DNA of 64,000 nt, from NCBI GenBank assembly GCA_051294905.1, contig CM119373.1, positions 29,388,001 to 29,452,000 of the forward strand, given 5' to 3'. Made by a program: the position numbers and the translations under genes. The notes beneath the pieces are model-generated. The model made no database searches. It saw only the letters and a list, made by a program, of their open reading frames with translations, and was not told where the DNA came from. Every line of letters starts with the position of its first letter. The first letter of the stretch is position 1. Below are positions 1-13,235 of the stretch, in pieces. Source of the DNA: Botryllus schlosseri. Its lineage: Eukaryota.

Positions 1-1320
1 TTATTTTGAACCAAATTTCCGGGAGAGTCATTTTGATTGGAGTGCGAAATTGGACAGTGCCTTAATATGTACGCCTGAAAATTGGAATTAATTCACTCCT
101 TCAAAGGCTTTGCAACTGTTGATCGGGAATGCAGCAATCTAGTCCGATTTGGTGTTACAATGAGAAAACAGTTGCCGCGACGCAAGATACTGCACAATGT
201 GTGGCGAGAAATCGTGGTGTTCCAGAGATGCGACACCAACCGGTGGCTGGCTCCAGTCCGACCAAGGTCGAATCAAGTATAGACTGTTTATCTAGGCTCC
301 TCCTCATCCTCTGATCTGTGTCAATGGTGTCTTAAACAAGTCTAGAAATGGGCCATGCTACAAGTTGGCGGCTACGGAATCAAATTAAAGAATATTGGCC
401 TGGTGTAAATGACCATCGCAGTCGAATAATACCACAAAACAACAACGACGACGCACTGTGAGCTGAATTACGTTTCCGCTACTTGTAATATTTCATGGTA
501 GGTCGAAGGAAGGTTGAATGGAAAGTGGGTTACAGACTAAAAAGGGTTGGAAAGCACTGTTTAAGTTAAACACGAACATTTACTACGTAAGTCTTCACTA
601 TACTAAAGCAATGGCGCACTCCAATGATGTAACACCAACGGTTCCAAGGTTAAGTATACGACAAAGCCTATCTTGGGGATCCTTTCCGTAGTGTTCGATG
701 TTTCTCGAGTCCCCGCGGCGTCATTTGATATGCGTGATCGCATAGTCAATTAATCATACAGAATTCAATAACGAAAGTTCCCAATGTGCGCTCAGAAGTG
801 GTCAACAACGAAGTACTTTACCTTTTCGAAGTACTCAAGTAGATAATCCAATTTCTCAGGAAGGATTATTATATTCTACCGATTGGAGATAGACAGAATC
901 ACCAAAATGCAGAGCCTTTTTCGCGGAAAGTCCAGAATTTCCGTCATGCTTCGAGCATAATATATATGGAGTGACCAATCTGTTTCCATGAAAGTCTCAG
1001 TCCATTTAATTTGTATTTATGATCCATGATATATTAGTCCCAGTAAATAGAACTAAGCAAAGCGTTTGGAATTGTACTATCCACCATATTTTCAGTTCAG
1101 TTTCTGTATTCAGTTCAGGGTGACATACCGTTATGGTTTAAAAGAGGCATCGGGGAGAACAAAAGGTACAGAACCACCATATACGTCGAAACACCTTGAA
1201 AACTACACAACAGACCATATGACTGCCGGTGTCAAGGTTGCAATATGAATGTCTTAGTCTGCGTCTTAGTCATAATGGAAATAATGTTGTCCTATCCATG
1301 AGCATTAGTATCCTATATAA

Positions 1321-2126
1321 CAGGGGTTCTTAAAGTATGGGTCGCGAAGAGTTTAATTCTGGGACGCGACTGCATCAGAGAGATCTTTTACTATGCACGT
1401 AATATTGATTGAATATATTGCAACAAAAAAATTTCTTAGCACGAGTTCCTGTGAATAGTTAGTACAATCCGATGTCACTGTGTTTGGTACTATAGCTAAT
1501 GAGCGAGACGCGTAGAGAAAACGTTACTTGAACATGAAAATGGGCCGACCTTTGTATTACAAAAATTGGTTTGGTCCGAAGATTCGTCCAGCATTATTTT
1601 CTCTGGAAAACACACCGTCGGAAACCGTTGGGATGTTTTAGTGTGGGGTGTGCAACGAACGGTTACGGTAATATGGATAAACAGGCATTTGGTAAGCCAA
1701 CCATTTCCGCACTGGGACACGGAAAGTCATGATGATTTAGCCCACATACGACCGGGCCGAGTGTCGTTCCAGAAAGATCGGCAGCGATAAAACCTTGTTC
1801 AAAATTGACCGTCGCTGGTTAGCCAAAGCCTTCGATATATATATGTCCGTTTGTCAAAATGCTCGGCACTGAATATTCCCGTCCATGCAATCTGAGTAAT
1901 AGTCAGCGGTATAAATGCAGTATAAATGCGGCCCCCGGAGGAAAACAATGCGATCCAATTTCGAATCGCGTGCGTCAGGCATGTTTGCGTTGCGTACAAA
2001 TGTTGCTGCGTGTTTTACTATATACTAATTTCGAAAATGTATTCTTTTTGATGTGTGAAGCTTGGATCGCGTGATGTAATTAAAACTCATATTTGGGTCT
2101 CGGTCTTAAAAGAGTTAGAACCACCG
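1321..2126. mobile_element. Degenerate hAT-type non-autonomous element
   Basis: Begins CAGGGGTTCTT and ends AGAACCACCG; flanked by CTATATAA / CTCTATAA (7/8 match, 8-bp TSD-like). Confidence 0.55.
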
Positions 2127-2960
2127 CTCTATAATCTGGTCCGTTCGTAGAGTCACAGAAATCTTTCGTCTGAAACAGTATCGTCAGTATATACTGTGTG
2201 GTATCCCACAACACGACTGAAGTGGATACCGTGTCGTCTCGATGCCATTCGTTGCCACGATGTCCATCGATGACAAGCCCAACGTATAGTTAGGATGCGA
2301 AGAGAACTGATCACGTACGGCGTAAAATTTCTGCAGAACACGGTAGTTTTCCGGAAACGTTCACGGCTAAAAACAAATTTTCAAACAACGGGATTTCATA
2401 CAATTCGCGTGGCATTTTAAATGTTCGCTTTACGTTATCAAAGTTCGTGTCGATTGGAAAAATGATTTGCCGGACGAACGAATAACTCGACTCGTGATGC
2501 ACCGTTTATAGAGCAGTGTTTCCCGGGGTTTAAGATAATCGTTCCACATTTAAGCTATAACGATACAACTGACAAAGTTGGCGCGGGTAAAACCACCTAT
2601 GTCGGAACTACGAATATATTTCCGCCGTAGGCTAGAAAACAAGGTAAGCATGCGTCATATTAGCTCTCGGCGTCTATAACGCCGTGCTTAATGTTTATGC
2701 AAACTAATTCTTGGCACGTGATTCGAAAGGAAATGAATAAATTAAGGTTGCGATCCCCAGTTTAGTGTCTAAGGCCTTGATTTCACGGGGAGCGAGTGAG
2801 TCGGCCGAGCCGTAGCGAGAACGAGCCTTGCGTTTTCACTGATGCCGTGACAGTGATCGCTAGCACTGGCGCCACCACGCGGTTCGAGACAATGGTGCAG
2901 AATAGTCGAGAAAAGCGCGCGAGAAAGTTGTATTGCTACGAAGCTGCGACCTGAAGGAAG

Positions 2961-4160
2961 ATGGAGGAAGAGCAATTAATTGTGGAAATTAGGGCATATG
3001 AGTGTCTGTACAACATGGGCATCAGTGCGTATAGGGACACAGTTCGCAAGGATAATGCATGGAGAAACATAGCCGATTCATTAAAAACTACTGGTGAGTG
3101 CTTCTTTTATCGCACTACGGTACCGCCGTATGCATACAAAGTTTTGCTTCTTTCAGTGGAAGATTGCAAGAAAAGATGGCGGGCAGTACGGGATAAATAT
3201 CGAAGAGAGTTGGACAAAGAAAAGAAGAACAACCGGTCTGGATCGGGAAGAAACTGCTGCGCTGAGTGGGAGATGATGCCGCGGCTCGAGTTCCTGCGTC
3301 CGCATACGACAAATAGAAAGTGACTTTGCAAAAATGTCAATAATATCCATCGATATCATTTCATTTTTTTTTGTCAGAACTACTTCGAATTTCAGCAGTA
3401 AGCGAAGTGCCGTAGTGCTGAATTCAAGGTACAGTCGGAGTAAGATTGCAGCATTCGTTTGTAATACAACTCTCGAAATAATTTTAGTGCAATATCCGAC
3501 AATGAACATTCAGATGCGGGATGTTCAATTCTATCCGATGGCTTCCCAGGTTCGTAGTTTTCAAGCTCAGTAAAAATCAATTTGACGCGTCATATTTACT
3601 ACCCTATACCTATAGCTAACCCAGAATATACAACATTGGATTTTTCGGCACTGGGTCCTGATCAGAATGACGAGTTTCTGCTAGAGGGTACAGCTGAACC
3701 ACCACTCGCTGCTCCTGAGCCGTCAACCAAGAAGCGCAAGACAACTGATGACCAAGATTTGACACAAATTTTGGGAGCAATAAACAGTCTAAGTGAGTCT
3801 TCCAACTTATGCGTTCTCTATTCATCAGGAGTAGGCTACTTCTATCTTTTCAGAGTACTCAAGTAGTGCTATTTGTCACATATTTTCATTACTTATCCAA
3901 ACGGACTACTTCAACTTCAGCTTGAATAGCAACATTAACTACTTTTACCACATCGGTAAGTGCTCATCAAATCAAATGTTTCATTTTCCAGATCGTCCGC
4001 AACAATGTGAGCAGAATAGTGCTGCGATGGTCTTTTTACGGGGCTTGGCCAGCCCTCTATCCTCTTTGAGCCCTCAAAGGCAGATGAAATTTAAAGTTCA
4101 AGTATGAAAGCTCATGGTAGAGCTAATGGAGGGGGAGATTGAAGCGAACGACTAGACACG
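2961..4160 (+). pseudogene. Harbinger MADF/Myb-SANT-like DNA-binding protein, multi-exon, with an in-frame stop in the last exon
   Basis: LIVEIRAYECLYN...NAWRNIA...V/EDCKKRWRAVRDKYRRE after removing the GT-AG intron 3094-3156; second intron 3320-3377; KKRK NLS-like motif; TGA at 4105-4107 interrupts the C-terminal helix. 3' end approximate. Confidence 0.8.
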
Positions 4161-4325
4161 TCTGTCTCAATTAACTCTGAATAAATCTTGTGAAACTAAG
4201 AAACCAGTGTATTCGTAAATGTCAGGAACATGCAAGGCAACAATAAATTATAGTAAAAAACAACTGTAAGACTGAACAGCAACATAACACAAAACACGTG
4301 TTGCTCTCCTATATCAGCAGTCCCA

Positions 4326-6505
4326 TCAAGTTCTAAAGACATGATCTGACTGCCAAGGCACTGATCCTTCACTACCCACGAAGTAATCAGCATAGGCAGC
4401 GCGAACTCTTGCAGCTTCAGAACTGTATGGTCTCCCCACTATCCGGAGCCTAGTTAAGTCTGTAGCGAGGTTTGCTGATTCTTCATTGTCTGTAGGTTCA
4501 GGCAAACCAATTTTCTCATCGCATAAAAAATTATGAAGGACTGTGCTTGCTTTGACGATAGTGTCAACATGTTCAGGTGCTGCATCAATGCGTCCATACA
4601 GTACTTTAAATCGAGCAACCAATATGCCAAACGCCATTTCAACGACTCGACGCGCATGAGAAAGTCTGTAATTGAAAATCCTTTTCTTATCATCCAGATT
4701 AGAGCTGGAATAAGGATGGAGTAGATTCCGCTTTAAAGGGAACGCCTCGTCCCCAATAAGCACTGGTGGAACAGATTCAGTCTGACCAGCTAGAACTTTA
4801 TCTGAAGGCAAGTCCAACTCTTCATTAAAAAGCATTTTGCCAAATTTAGATGATTGTAAGATCCGAGAATCAGGACACTTTCCGAACCCACCAACATCTA
4901 CCACAACAAATTTACAGTTCGCATCGGCTACGCCAAGAAGTACGACACTGTAAGTTTTTTTGTAATTGAAATACATGGAGCCTGAATTTTTTGGTGCACG
5001 GATTTGGATGTGTTTTCCATCTACTGCTCCTAGGCAGCTGGGAAATTGACGTTTTCTTTCAAATTCCTTGGCAATCTTTGCCCATGATTCTTTGGTTGGC
5101 GATGGCATCACAATTGGCTGCAGAGCATCCCAAATGGCTTTGCAGGTTTCAGGAACAATTTTTGACAAAACTGTCTTGCTCATTCTATACCTTGTTGCAA
5201 GATTTGTATAGGATCCTCCGTGAGCTAGAAAGCTGTAAAATATAATTCAAATTTGAGGACTTGACATTTCAAAGCACGGCAAAAAATCGCGTTCACACGG
5301 CCATGATATGCAACAAGTAATGGAAAGGGATGAGCAAAATCGAATCACAGCCAATACAAATCAGTCTCATACAGGTCGGTTCCCAGTAAGAACTGTCATT
5401 GGAAGTTAGCAATGAAAAGCGCAACAGCAACAATGAGGTCATCCCGTTGATTCGATTCATACATGATGAAAAATCATTCAATTTAGGACAGTAGCCTACT
5501 AACGAACCTCAGTATCTCTTAAGCTAATCTGCAAGCTTTCAATAAACCACTCTGTCATAATAACAAAAATCTTGGCCTCTTGTCAAGTTACTCTGGTTCA
5601 AAATTAGTGATTCGTTTTACCCACCCTCACGACAATTTACAGAGAATCTTCCATCCAATTCCCAAAATAGAATTTCAATGATCACATCAATAATCAATAT
5701 ACTTACTGCAGGGTTACTCCCAGGCGCTCTTCGGCACTGATAGGCTTCCTCATGTTTGTTGTAATCTTGGTTATAGATTCTTTGACATGATCAAGGAGTT
5801 TATAGAATGTTTCAGCTGGCATTCTAAAATATGTCCGGTACTTTTCCGGTCGGTGTAATCTCAAGTCCGGCACTAATATATGATATTCACCTGTAAATCA
5901 AGAGAATATGTATATCAAGGTATTAATTCAAAATATGTTGTTACTACGCAATAGAAAGATACACTGATAGATACACTGATAGATACACTGAAAGATACAC
6001 TGGTCAACACGTTTTTTGTGTAAGATTTCACAGGAAATTGGCCACCAACGCTAATTTATATATTACCGGTATATTATACAAATTAATACACATTTATAGG
6101 TTGTGGGCAATATTTTACATATTTTTCTAATATTATTTGTTTGTAGCAGATCATTTAGCAATATTGACCAGCATCATTGCGAAGCCCATAATAGAATTCC
6201 ATATCGGAATGATTTCAGTTGACAATCATTGCCGATGCAACAACGAAAAAGTACCGGTAAGGTCAACAATTTAGATATACCTTTTTGTTCCCTGGTTCGA
6301 AGATCTTCACCAACCCAGAATCTCCTCTTCTGTCTTTTTTCAATTTAGATATACCTTTTTGTTCCCTGGTTCGAAGATCTTCACCAACCCAGAATCTCCT
6401 CTTCTGTCTTTTTTTATGTTTACAATAAACATACGCAGCTACTAGCACCAATACTTTCTCCTGGTATTCATTCCAGCAATGTTCGCAACTATATTCCACT
6501 TCCAT
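4326..6505 (-). pseudogene. Harbinger DDE transposase (DDE_Tnp_4/HARBI1-like), multi-exon
   Basis: GAVDGKHI, LIGDEAFPL and RRVVEMAFGIL catalytic motifs in 4326-5183; upstream exon about 5705-5890 reads YRTYFRM...MRKPISAEERLGVTL; first exon disrupted by a 74-bp tandem duplication. Confidence 0.9.
6267..6414 (+). repeat. Perfect 74-bp tandem duplication
   Basis: 6267-6340 is identical to 6341-6414. Confidence 0.95.
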
Positions 6506-6824
6506 AGCGGTCTAGAGGTCTGCTTGTCTAGCAACGCTCGCAAATTTCTCGTTGCGATACGTTCTCGAAACGCGCCAGGACCGTGCGGGAACGTGAAAAA
6601 GTGAGCGAGAACGAGCGAGTCAACGGAAATCTCCAGCGAGGCGTGAAGCAAAGAAATAAACAACGACATTCGCTCGCCGTGAGAATGCACGCTCCCCGTG
6701 AAAACAAAGCCTAACGCATGTGATCGATACCCAAGAATCAGTGCCGACAAATGACAGGAATGTAATACGCAATGCGATATTTGGTAGTCGAATTGGAACA
6801 ACGTAGCTTTTCTATTATGATAAC

Positions 6825-7356
6825 TAGGGCAAGTTTTTGCAACTTTTTGTACAGCTTCCGGCAGTTTCCTAAATGCTCAGAAGTTATGTAGGATGGTGTC
6901 TTAAGCTGTTTGGGGGAATCGTATATCGCAACTTTTTGCAACCTTTCTCCATTTTTTCATGCAACTTTGTGCAACTTTGTTTTCGGTTTTTCATGCAACT
7001 AACTTTTTACCGGAAATATTCGGCACTGTATATGAATATCTCGCTTGACTATTTTACTGTCGTCCAAATTTGAGGTCCTTTCTGATTTGACGTACATTGC
7101 GGCTAGACCGCCAAAGATTATATTGTCACTGGGTCAATTTTTTCAGGATATTCATTTTGTTGAAGCCGCAAACATCGAGTTTTGCTACAGTGCCTTGGTT
7201 TCGGATCGATTCGAGTATCTCATGCCCTAATTATTTCAAGGAACTTGTCCGTAAATGCAACTTTTCAGCACAACTTTCGTGAAAAATACATGCAACTTTT
7301 GTGAAAAATAAGTGCGCAACTTTCCACGGATCGGACTGCAACAAAAATTTGCCCTG
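6825..7356. mobile_element. hAT-type MITE with TGCAACTTT subterminal repeats
   Basis: Ends TAGGGCAAGTTTTTG / CAAAAATTTGCCCTG; perfect 8-bp TSD ATGATAAC. Confidence 0.85.
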
Positions 7357-7373
7357 ATGATAACTACATAATT

Positions 7374-7566
7374 CAATGTTTCCTCTAAGCTGCGCACTTG
7401 CGCAAATGCGCAGTGCTGACACCGTCTCTGCGCACAGAAAATCTAAGATGCACACAAAAAATCCGAAGTGGTGACCTTTTTTTAGTTGTTACGCACTGTT
7501 GCCCAAGGGTCTGCGCAGTGAGATTGTGAGTGTGCGCAGGCTCGTCAAAAATTAGAGGGAACATTG
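7374..7566. mobile_element. Short MITE
   Basis: 15-bp TIR CAATGTTTCCTCTAA vs TTAGAGGGAACATTG (14/15); TGCGCA motifs inside; TSD imperfect. Confidence 0.7.
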
Positions 7567-8208
7567 CTACATATGTAGGCTCTTCAACTTCATACTATAA
7601 TGACAAAAGGCTGCCAATGGTCCTAAGCGCCTCAATCGAAAACACGAGATCTGACGGTTGCAGAATTATCCAGTTACAATATTCAAATATATTTTAACGA
7701 AATCGTGTTTGAAGAGATCAAGTGCTATGGAAATAAAATCAGACTGCTTTAATACTGACCTTAATAACTTTCTGTTGGCTTTATTTATGTTTTCCATACA
7801 TTTGGGCGTATCCGTCAGATGCCGTGACACAGCTTTGCCGAATATATTACCACAATATATAATGTCGGTACACTGTACCGATAAACGCATACAACAGGGG
7901 CACAGATTAGGGTCTACGATTCTAGCCCTTTAATAAGGGTAACCTTACCCACTGACGTACATATATATCTGAACGGACTTTTATTTGGCACCAAAATCAG
8001 ATTTGAAACTTCTGCAATTATTATAATCACATTTGTAATATGGAAAGGTTGAGGGATTGAAGACTTGAAGTTGAAGATTGAAATTATATTTCGATCCGAT
8101 TTTAACTAAATTGAAAGAACCACCGAATTCAGGAAAGTCCCCTAATTTAAAAATCTTTTCTCCACAATCCTACTTTGTGGATACGTTACTTTGTGAGGCG
8201 CATCAGGT

Positions 8209-10040
8209 CATCATCATCATCATTGGTTTATTAGCAATTTTTATCAGATGAATACGCCACAAAATGCGATACAATGAAAAGACAGGAAGATGTCGAAGCA
8301 ACTTGGAGTAGTGTATGGAATCAGACTCCCACCTTGGGCTAGGCCAGGGGTTTTCAAAGAGTGGGCCATGGCCCACTGGTGGGCCACAGAGCATTTTGAG
8401 GTGGGCCACAGAGCCATTTAGAAAATTTCAGAATTCATGTAAGTTTAGTTATATTTCTTATGTTATTCGCGACAAAATATATTCGTATTATCTAATTATA
8501 CGTAGGCTACATAAAGCTTTTCATCCGACTCTGATCAGACGTAGTGGCACGCATGAAATCAGCATGTACAAATCGAAAACGTTAGGGAGAAACGGTTGCT
8601 TTTTCTACTGGCTATGACAACCTACGGCTATCAGCAACTAAAATAATTCCAAGTGTATAATAACTGGAAGATAATGCTGAAGTAACCAAGTATTCCGGCA
8701 TGGTCATAAGTCGTATTCCGTTGAAAGGGGTATACAATGAACTCGCAATGAAGTGCAATTGATGTACTGATTTACTGTACTTCGGCAGGCCGTATTATTG
8801 CAAGCTAAACATAGCCATAATTGCAAATTATTAACAACTTCTGGCGGAGGTATTCTGCACCACCGCAACAACGAATCTTAATGGATTGAGGAATTATCGG
8901 AGCGCATTAATATTTGAAGTCAGTTTAAACTGTCCGGCCTGGAAAACATCTACAAGTACATACTGAAAGAGTCACATGAATTCATTGTATCATTGGATTG
9001 AATATTTTGAAATCGCAACTTCAGTTGTTTTGGTACCAGACACGCAAAGTACATCATGCATATTGAAAAATATTTCTCTACTTCTCTGTAGTACCCCATT
9101 CACCAATGAATTGTTCGATGCTGGCCCAGAATGAATATAATATTCCTCACAATAGTATCACTAAAGTCCCAATCACACAGTGCGGGGATCTGATCATTGT
9201 GTTTCGCGACGCGAATGGAGCAGCGGACGAAAATAATCTACTTAGAAGTTTTACCTTATGATCTACCAGGGCCGTAACCGCCGCACCCACATCCTCAATT
9301 GGGGGAGCTCGAAGGGGCCCAAGATTATTTCGTTGGTCGATTGTTGAACGGTATTTATTCGACTTGAATTTTCTTTTTCGCGCTTTGCACGATTTCATAT
9401 CCCGGGAGATCGAGATTTAAATAGCATCAGTTAGAGCAAAAAGCGCATATTTTAGAGAAATATGCATATCGGCGGTGTCCATGCCAACGAATTAAACAGG
9501 ATTATGACTCCAAGATATCAGGTGGGCCAGAGCACATTTTTAAATCGGAAAATGGGCCACGGCCAAAAAAGAGCTGAGAACCCCTGGTCTAGGCGAAGTA
9601 AAGAGAAGGCATGCACACTGAATAAAAGTAAAGATAGTATAGAAAAAATAAAGAAAGAAATAGGGCGCCATGTCATGGGAAGCGAGATCGATAGGTCAGT
9701 CGTGGTCCAGTCATTTTGAGGATGGACTGTATTTATTTAGTAGTAATTGCTTGTATTTCGACTCGAATGTGGACATGCTCGTCGACTGTCGGATGGCTGG
9801 CGGGATACTGTTCCATACATCAGGTTCGGCATATTTGACAGAGCGATGATCTTTTCGGTCGATCATATGATATTTGGACGACGTGGACGCGCGTGTGTTG
9901 TACTTGTGCGCTTTTGATTCCGAGGTAAAGAAGTCATTGAAATATTCGGGGCAACGACCGCAGTGGAACTGATACATAAACTTGGCGATTTCTAGTTTCC
10001 GCATATCTTCTATGTTTAGGACGCCAGATATCTTCAGCAG
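8209..10040 (-). mobile_element. 5'-truncated LINE 3' end (CR1/L2-group-like), interrupted by a hAT element
   Basis: ORF2-like C-terminus LEIAKFMY...HKYNTR...WNSIP..IR at 9711-10004, 3' UTR and (ATG)n tail at 8209-8223; homologous to 13078-14730 in the opposite orientation. Confidence 0.75.
8345..9586. mobile_element. hAT-type non-autonomous element
   Basis: Ends CAGGGGTTTTCAA / TGAGAACCCCTG; TSD GGCTAGGC / GTCTAGGC (7/8). Confidence 0.8.
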
Positions 10041-10660
10041 CCACTTGTTGGATGGGCAGCCGGCCCCTTTGGGACCCTAGCTATGATTCGTATAATGTGA
10101 TTGAACTGGTATATCGGAAGGTTATTAAATCCCTAATTTGAGTACAGGCGTATATGTTCATTGTTCATGAAGGAAACCGCGAAGAAAGGATGGCTATAGG
10201 AGCGGTTGTGAATGAACGAATACGTGCTTAGCTGCTTTGATTTATTGAATGGTATTATGAGGCCTTATAGATGTCCTACACTGTAGGACGTACAGCATTG
10301 CGTAAATATGTTTACACAATACATACGGTACACCAATTTTCATGAAGAATTTGTCGCGGCGCAAACTTCAGCAAATACAAAGATCCATGTAGTAAATCTT
10401 GTATCGTGAATACTTTGCGTTCGCCGTAAAAGCGATGTCTCGTGTTGGAAGCGCGTCATATCTAAAACGATATCACGTGACGCTACGATAACGCAGTCTC
10501 CTACATCCTGTTGTATACATAAAGACCAGTATCGCACAGATCGCCACTTCGAATTTTTGAGCGCTGTCGATTCAATATACTGGCCGTCGTAATTATATAT
10601 TTCCCGTCTTATTAAGCAATAATTTCGTTGATATAGCAGAAGAATACTTATAATGGTGTT

Positions 10661-11464
10661 ATGGCGACTTCAGCAACTCCGCAACAGCCGGCAATGTCCC
10701 AGCACGTAACGCAGTTTATGGTTGAAAGCTGTGCTGAAAAAACATCACGAAGTATGATTGCAACTTCAATGCCGGAATCCAGCGGACCCGGAACTGAGAA
10801 TGATCCACGATTGAAAAAGAAAGCCGCGATATTTGGACTTGGCATAGCAGAAATACTGATGGGGGTATTTTCCGTTGTCTTAACCATAATCGCTCTGTCA
10901 ATCACGAAACGCGAACAATGGCGATACTCTGTCCACGCTTCGTACCGGGTCAGAAACCCGTTTCCATACTCATCGCCAGGCATATGGGGAGGGGTATTTG
11001 TCATTGTCGCCGGGAGTTTGGGTGTTCGCATCAAGTGTGACCCAGCTAGGTGCATGTACATTGGTAATCTGAGTATGGCGATTGTTACTGCGTGCGTCAC
11101 GTTTTCAGCGTCCTTCGTATCAGGCTTTTCGGCCGGTTTGTCTTATTATTCGCCTTGGCTGGTCGTGCTCCATGTGACTATAACGCTGCTGAATCTCGCA
11201 TCAATGATTATCACAATTATTCACGCCGCGTTTTGTGGCGGCGTGCTATGCTGCAACAGAAAATCGAGAGTTACCCAACCGGTTGCTTACGCGCCTGCGC
11301 ATTCAAACGCGTCTTACCCGCAGCCACCGCAGTATGTCCATGGTCTCGATGGTCCTGTCACGATGTCAAACTTGCAGCAGATATCGGTTCAGGGATATTC
11401 ACAAAGCAGCGGCCTAGCGCAAGTGTTCAGCCATCGACACCAATACAACAGCTTCACCGAATAA
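10661..11464 (+). CDS. MS4A/CD20-like four-transmembrane protein, intronless, paralogue 1; probably truncated by a premature stop
   Basis: Four hydrophobic segments, GIWGGVFVIVAGSLG motif, Cys-rich CCGGVLCC after TM4, Pro/Gln/Tyr tail; clearly homologous to 23145-24056. Confidence 0.8.
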   Translation: MATSATPQQPAMSQHVTQFMVESCAEKTSRSMIATSMPESSGPGTENDPRLKKKAAIFGLGIAEILMGVFSVVLTIIALSITKREQWRYSVHASYRVRNPFPYSSPGIWGGVFVIVAGSLGVRIKCDPARCMYIGNLSMAIVTACVTFSASFVSGFSAGLSYYSPWLVVLHVTITLLNLASMIITIIHAAFCGGVLCCNRKSRVTQPVAYAPAHSNASYPQPPQYVHGLDGPVTMSNLQQISVQGYSQSSGLAQVFSHRHQYNSFTE

Positions 11465-12084
11465 AAGGCGGAACCACCGTCTTACGACCATTCAAATGGG
11501 AATGCGGTGCAAATGGATGCAAACTCACCTACAATCCTCAACGCTTGATGCAGAAGGCATTTTGACAATCATATGCGTTGAAGTGATATTGTCATTGACC
11601 CGATTCCATATTTCAAAAGTGAAGTCAATTCACTGCAGAGAATATTTGACTCGGGATCATTTATAATGCCTTCGAAAACGTGTCTGGTACGCGTCGTATT
11701 GGTGGCGATAGCATAATATATACGTTTCAACCTTCTATCTAAACATTGATGTTCGGATGTTGAATTATTCATTAAACTCCTACAACTTATCACACATGTC
11801 AAGGCGTTGTAATCGATACTGGTCCTACATTATTCATACGAACAGCATACCTATACTGGATGCGAACTTGGACTTCGGCCTGATCCGCAAATATAGGGAT
11901 CATGTATAATGTTAACGCGAGTTACACGAGTGGAACAGGCTCAACTCTTTTTGTACTTGTGGCAGTACTTTGCCCTATAGGACATTATTATTTCTGATTT
12001 GGTTGCTCCATGAATACTACCTGCCATTAAATATTCGCTTTCGAGCGGTCACACGTTCTCCTGTATGTTGCTATAGTTTTAAAT

Positions 12085-12666
12085 CAGGGTTGTAATAACT
12101 CGAGTCCGACTCGAGTCACGATTTTCTGATGACGCGACTTGACTCGAGTCATTTTCTCAAAATACGGAAATGACTCGAATCGACACGAGTCAATCTGTGT
12201 ATTGACTCGACTTGGACTCGAGTCATTGCGCATGACTCGAACCAAGTCATATGACTCGAGACTCAAACGGACAAGACCGACATTTCATTGTAATTTCGAA
12301 GATTAGTAAAGTAGCCAAACTATTTGCATTTCGTATATTGGTACTGGTGCTTGAAAATGCGACCAGAAACTGTTAAAAGTGAGGAAAATGAGTATATTAT
12401 AAATGCGAACCATTCGATATCACTAAACAAAGTTATAAAAAGTGGGTCTAACAAGACTTTAACAGGTAACTGAGCAATCAACACAATGGCTTGGACTTGG
12501 ACTCGAGTCATAATACCATGACCCGGACTCGACCCTCTAGCCACTGACTTGGACTCGGACTTGACTCGGTGGTCAATTGAAAATGACTCGACTTGACTTT
12601 AGTCAAAACTATAAAAGTGAGATTGACTTGTGACTTGGATCCTTGTGACTTAGTATAACAACCCTG
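12085..12666. mobile_element. hAT-type MITE rich in GACTCGAG/GACTTG motifs
   Basis: TIR CAGGGTTGT / ACAACCCTG; perfect 8-bp TSD TTTTAAAT. Confidence 0.9.
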
Positions 12667-13235
12667 TTTTAAATATTTGCGATATGCAACCACCGTTTCT
12701 CGTATCCGCTTTCTGAATGGATTTGTTCAGTGGATGTTGCATAACGGTTCCGCATTTACGGTGTTAATTCTACATTTGACTCGATTGCTCATTTTCGTAA
12801 TTCATCTTCACAGTGATAATTATCGATGTAATTGAAAGCTTTGACAATTTTGATGGGGCCAAATGTGGCAACGCAAGCGAAGGCAAGCTTCAGTCGGTAT
12901 TTTTTGTTCGAAAACAATGTTAATCAATATGCAATACAGACGTATGACATCAATGCTATCCCAAATCCACAAGGCAAGTGCCAGAACTGATGTGTTTACG
13001 AGATATGGAATCCAAATACTGATTAAGGGTATTCTTAATAGAAAGTGACAATGGCAATATGGCAATACACATTTCTATTTCATTCCACGTCGTCCAAATA
13101 TCAAATGATCGACCGAACAGATCATCGCTCTATCAAATATGCCGGACCTGATGTGTGGAACAGTATCCCGCCGGTCATCCGACAGTCGACGAGCATGTCC
13201 ACATTCGAGTCGAAATACAAGCAATTAGCCTACTA

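Larger units (their letters stand above)
2773..6711. mobile_element. PIF/Harbinger DNA transposon, full length but probably inactive
   Basis: 22-bp TIRs, GGCCTTGATTTCACGGGGAGCG vs reverse complement of 6690-6711 (20/22 match); TAA on both sides (2770-2772, 6712-6714); convergent MADF and DDE genes. Confidence 0.95.

Noticed and set aside
2170-2335. Possible minus-strand host exon after TTCTGCAG
   Set aside because: No recognisable protein similarity or partner exons.
12085-12666. CRISPR-like array from recurring GACTCGAG motifs
   Set aside because: Short, irregularly spaced motifs inside a TIR- and TSD-bounded MITE; no constant repeat-spacer period.
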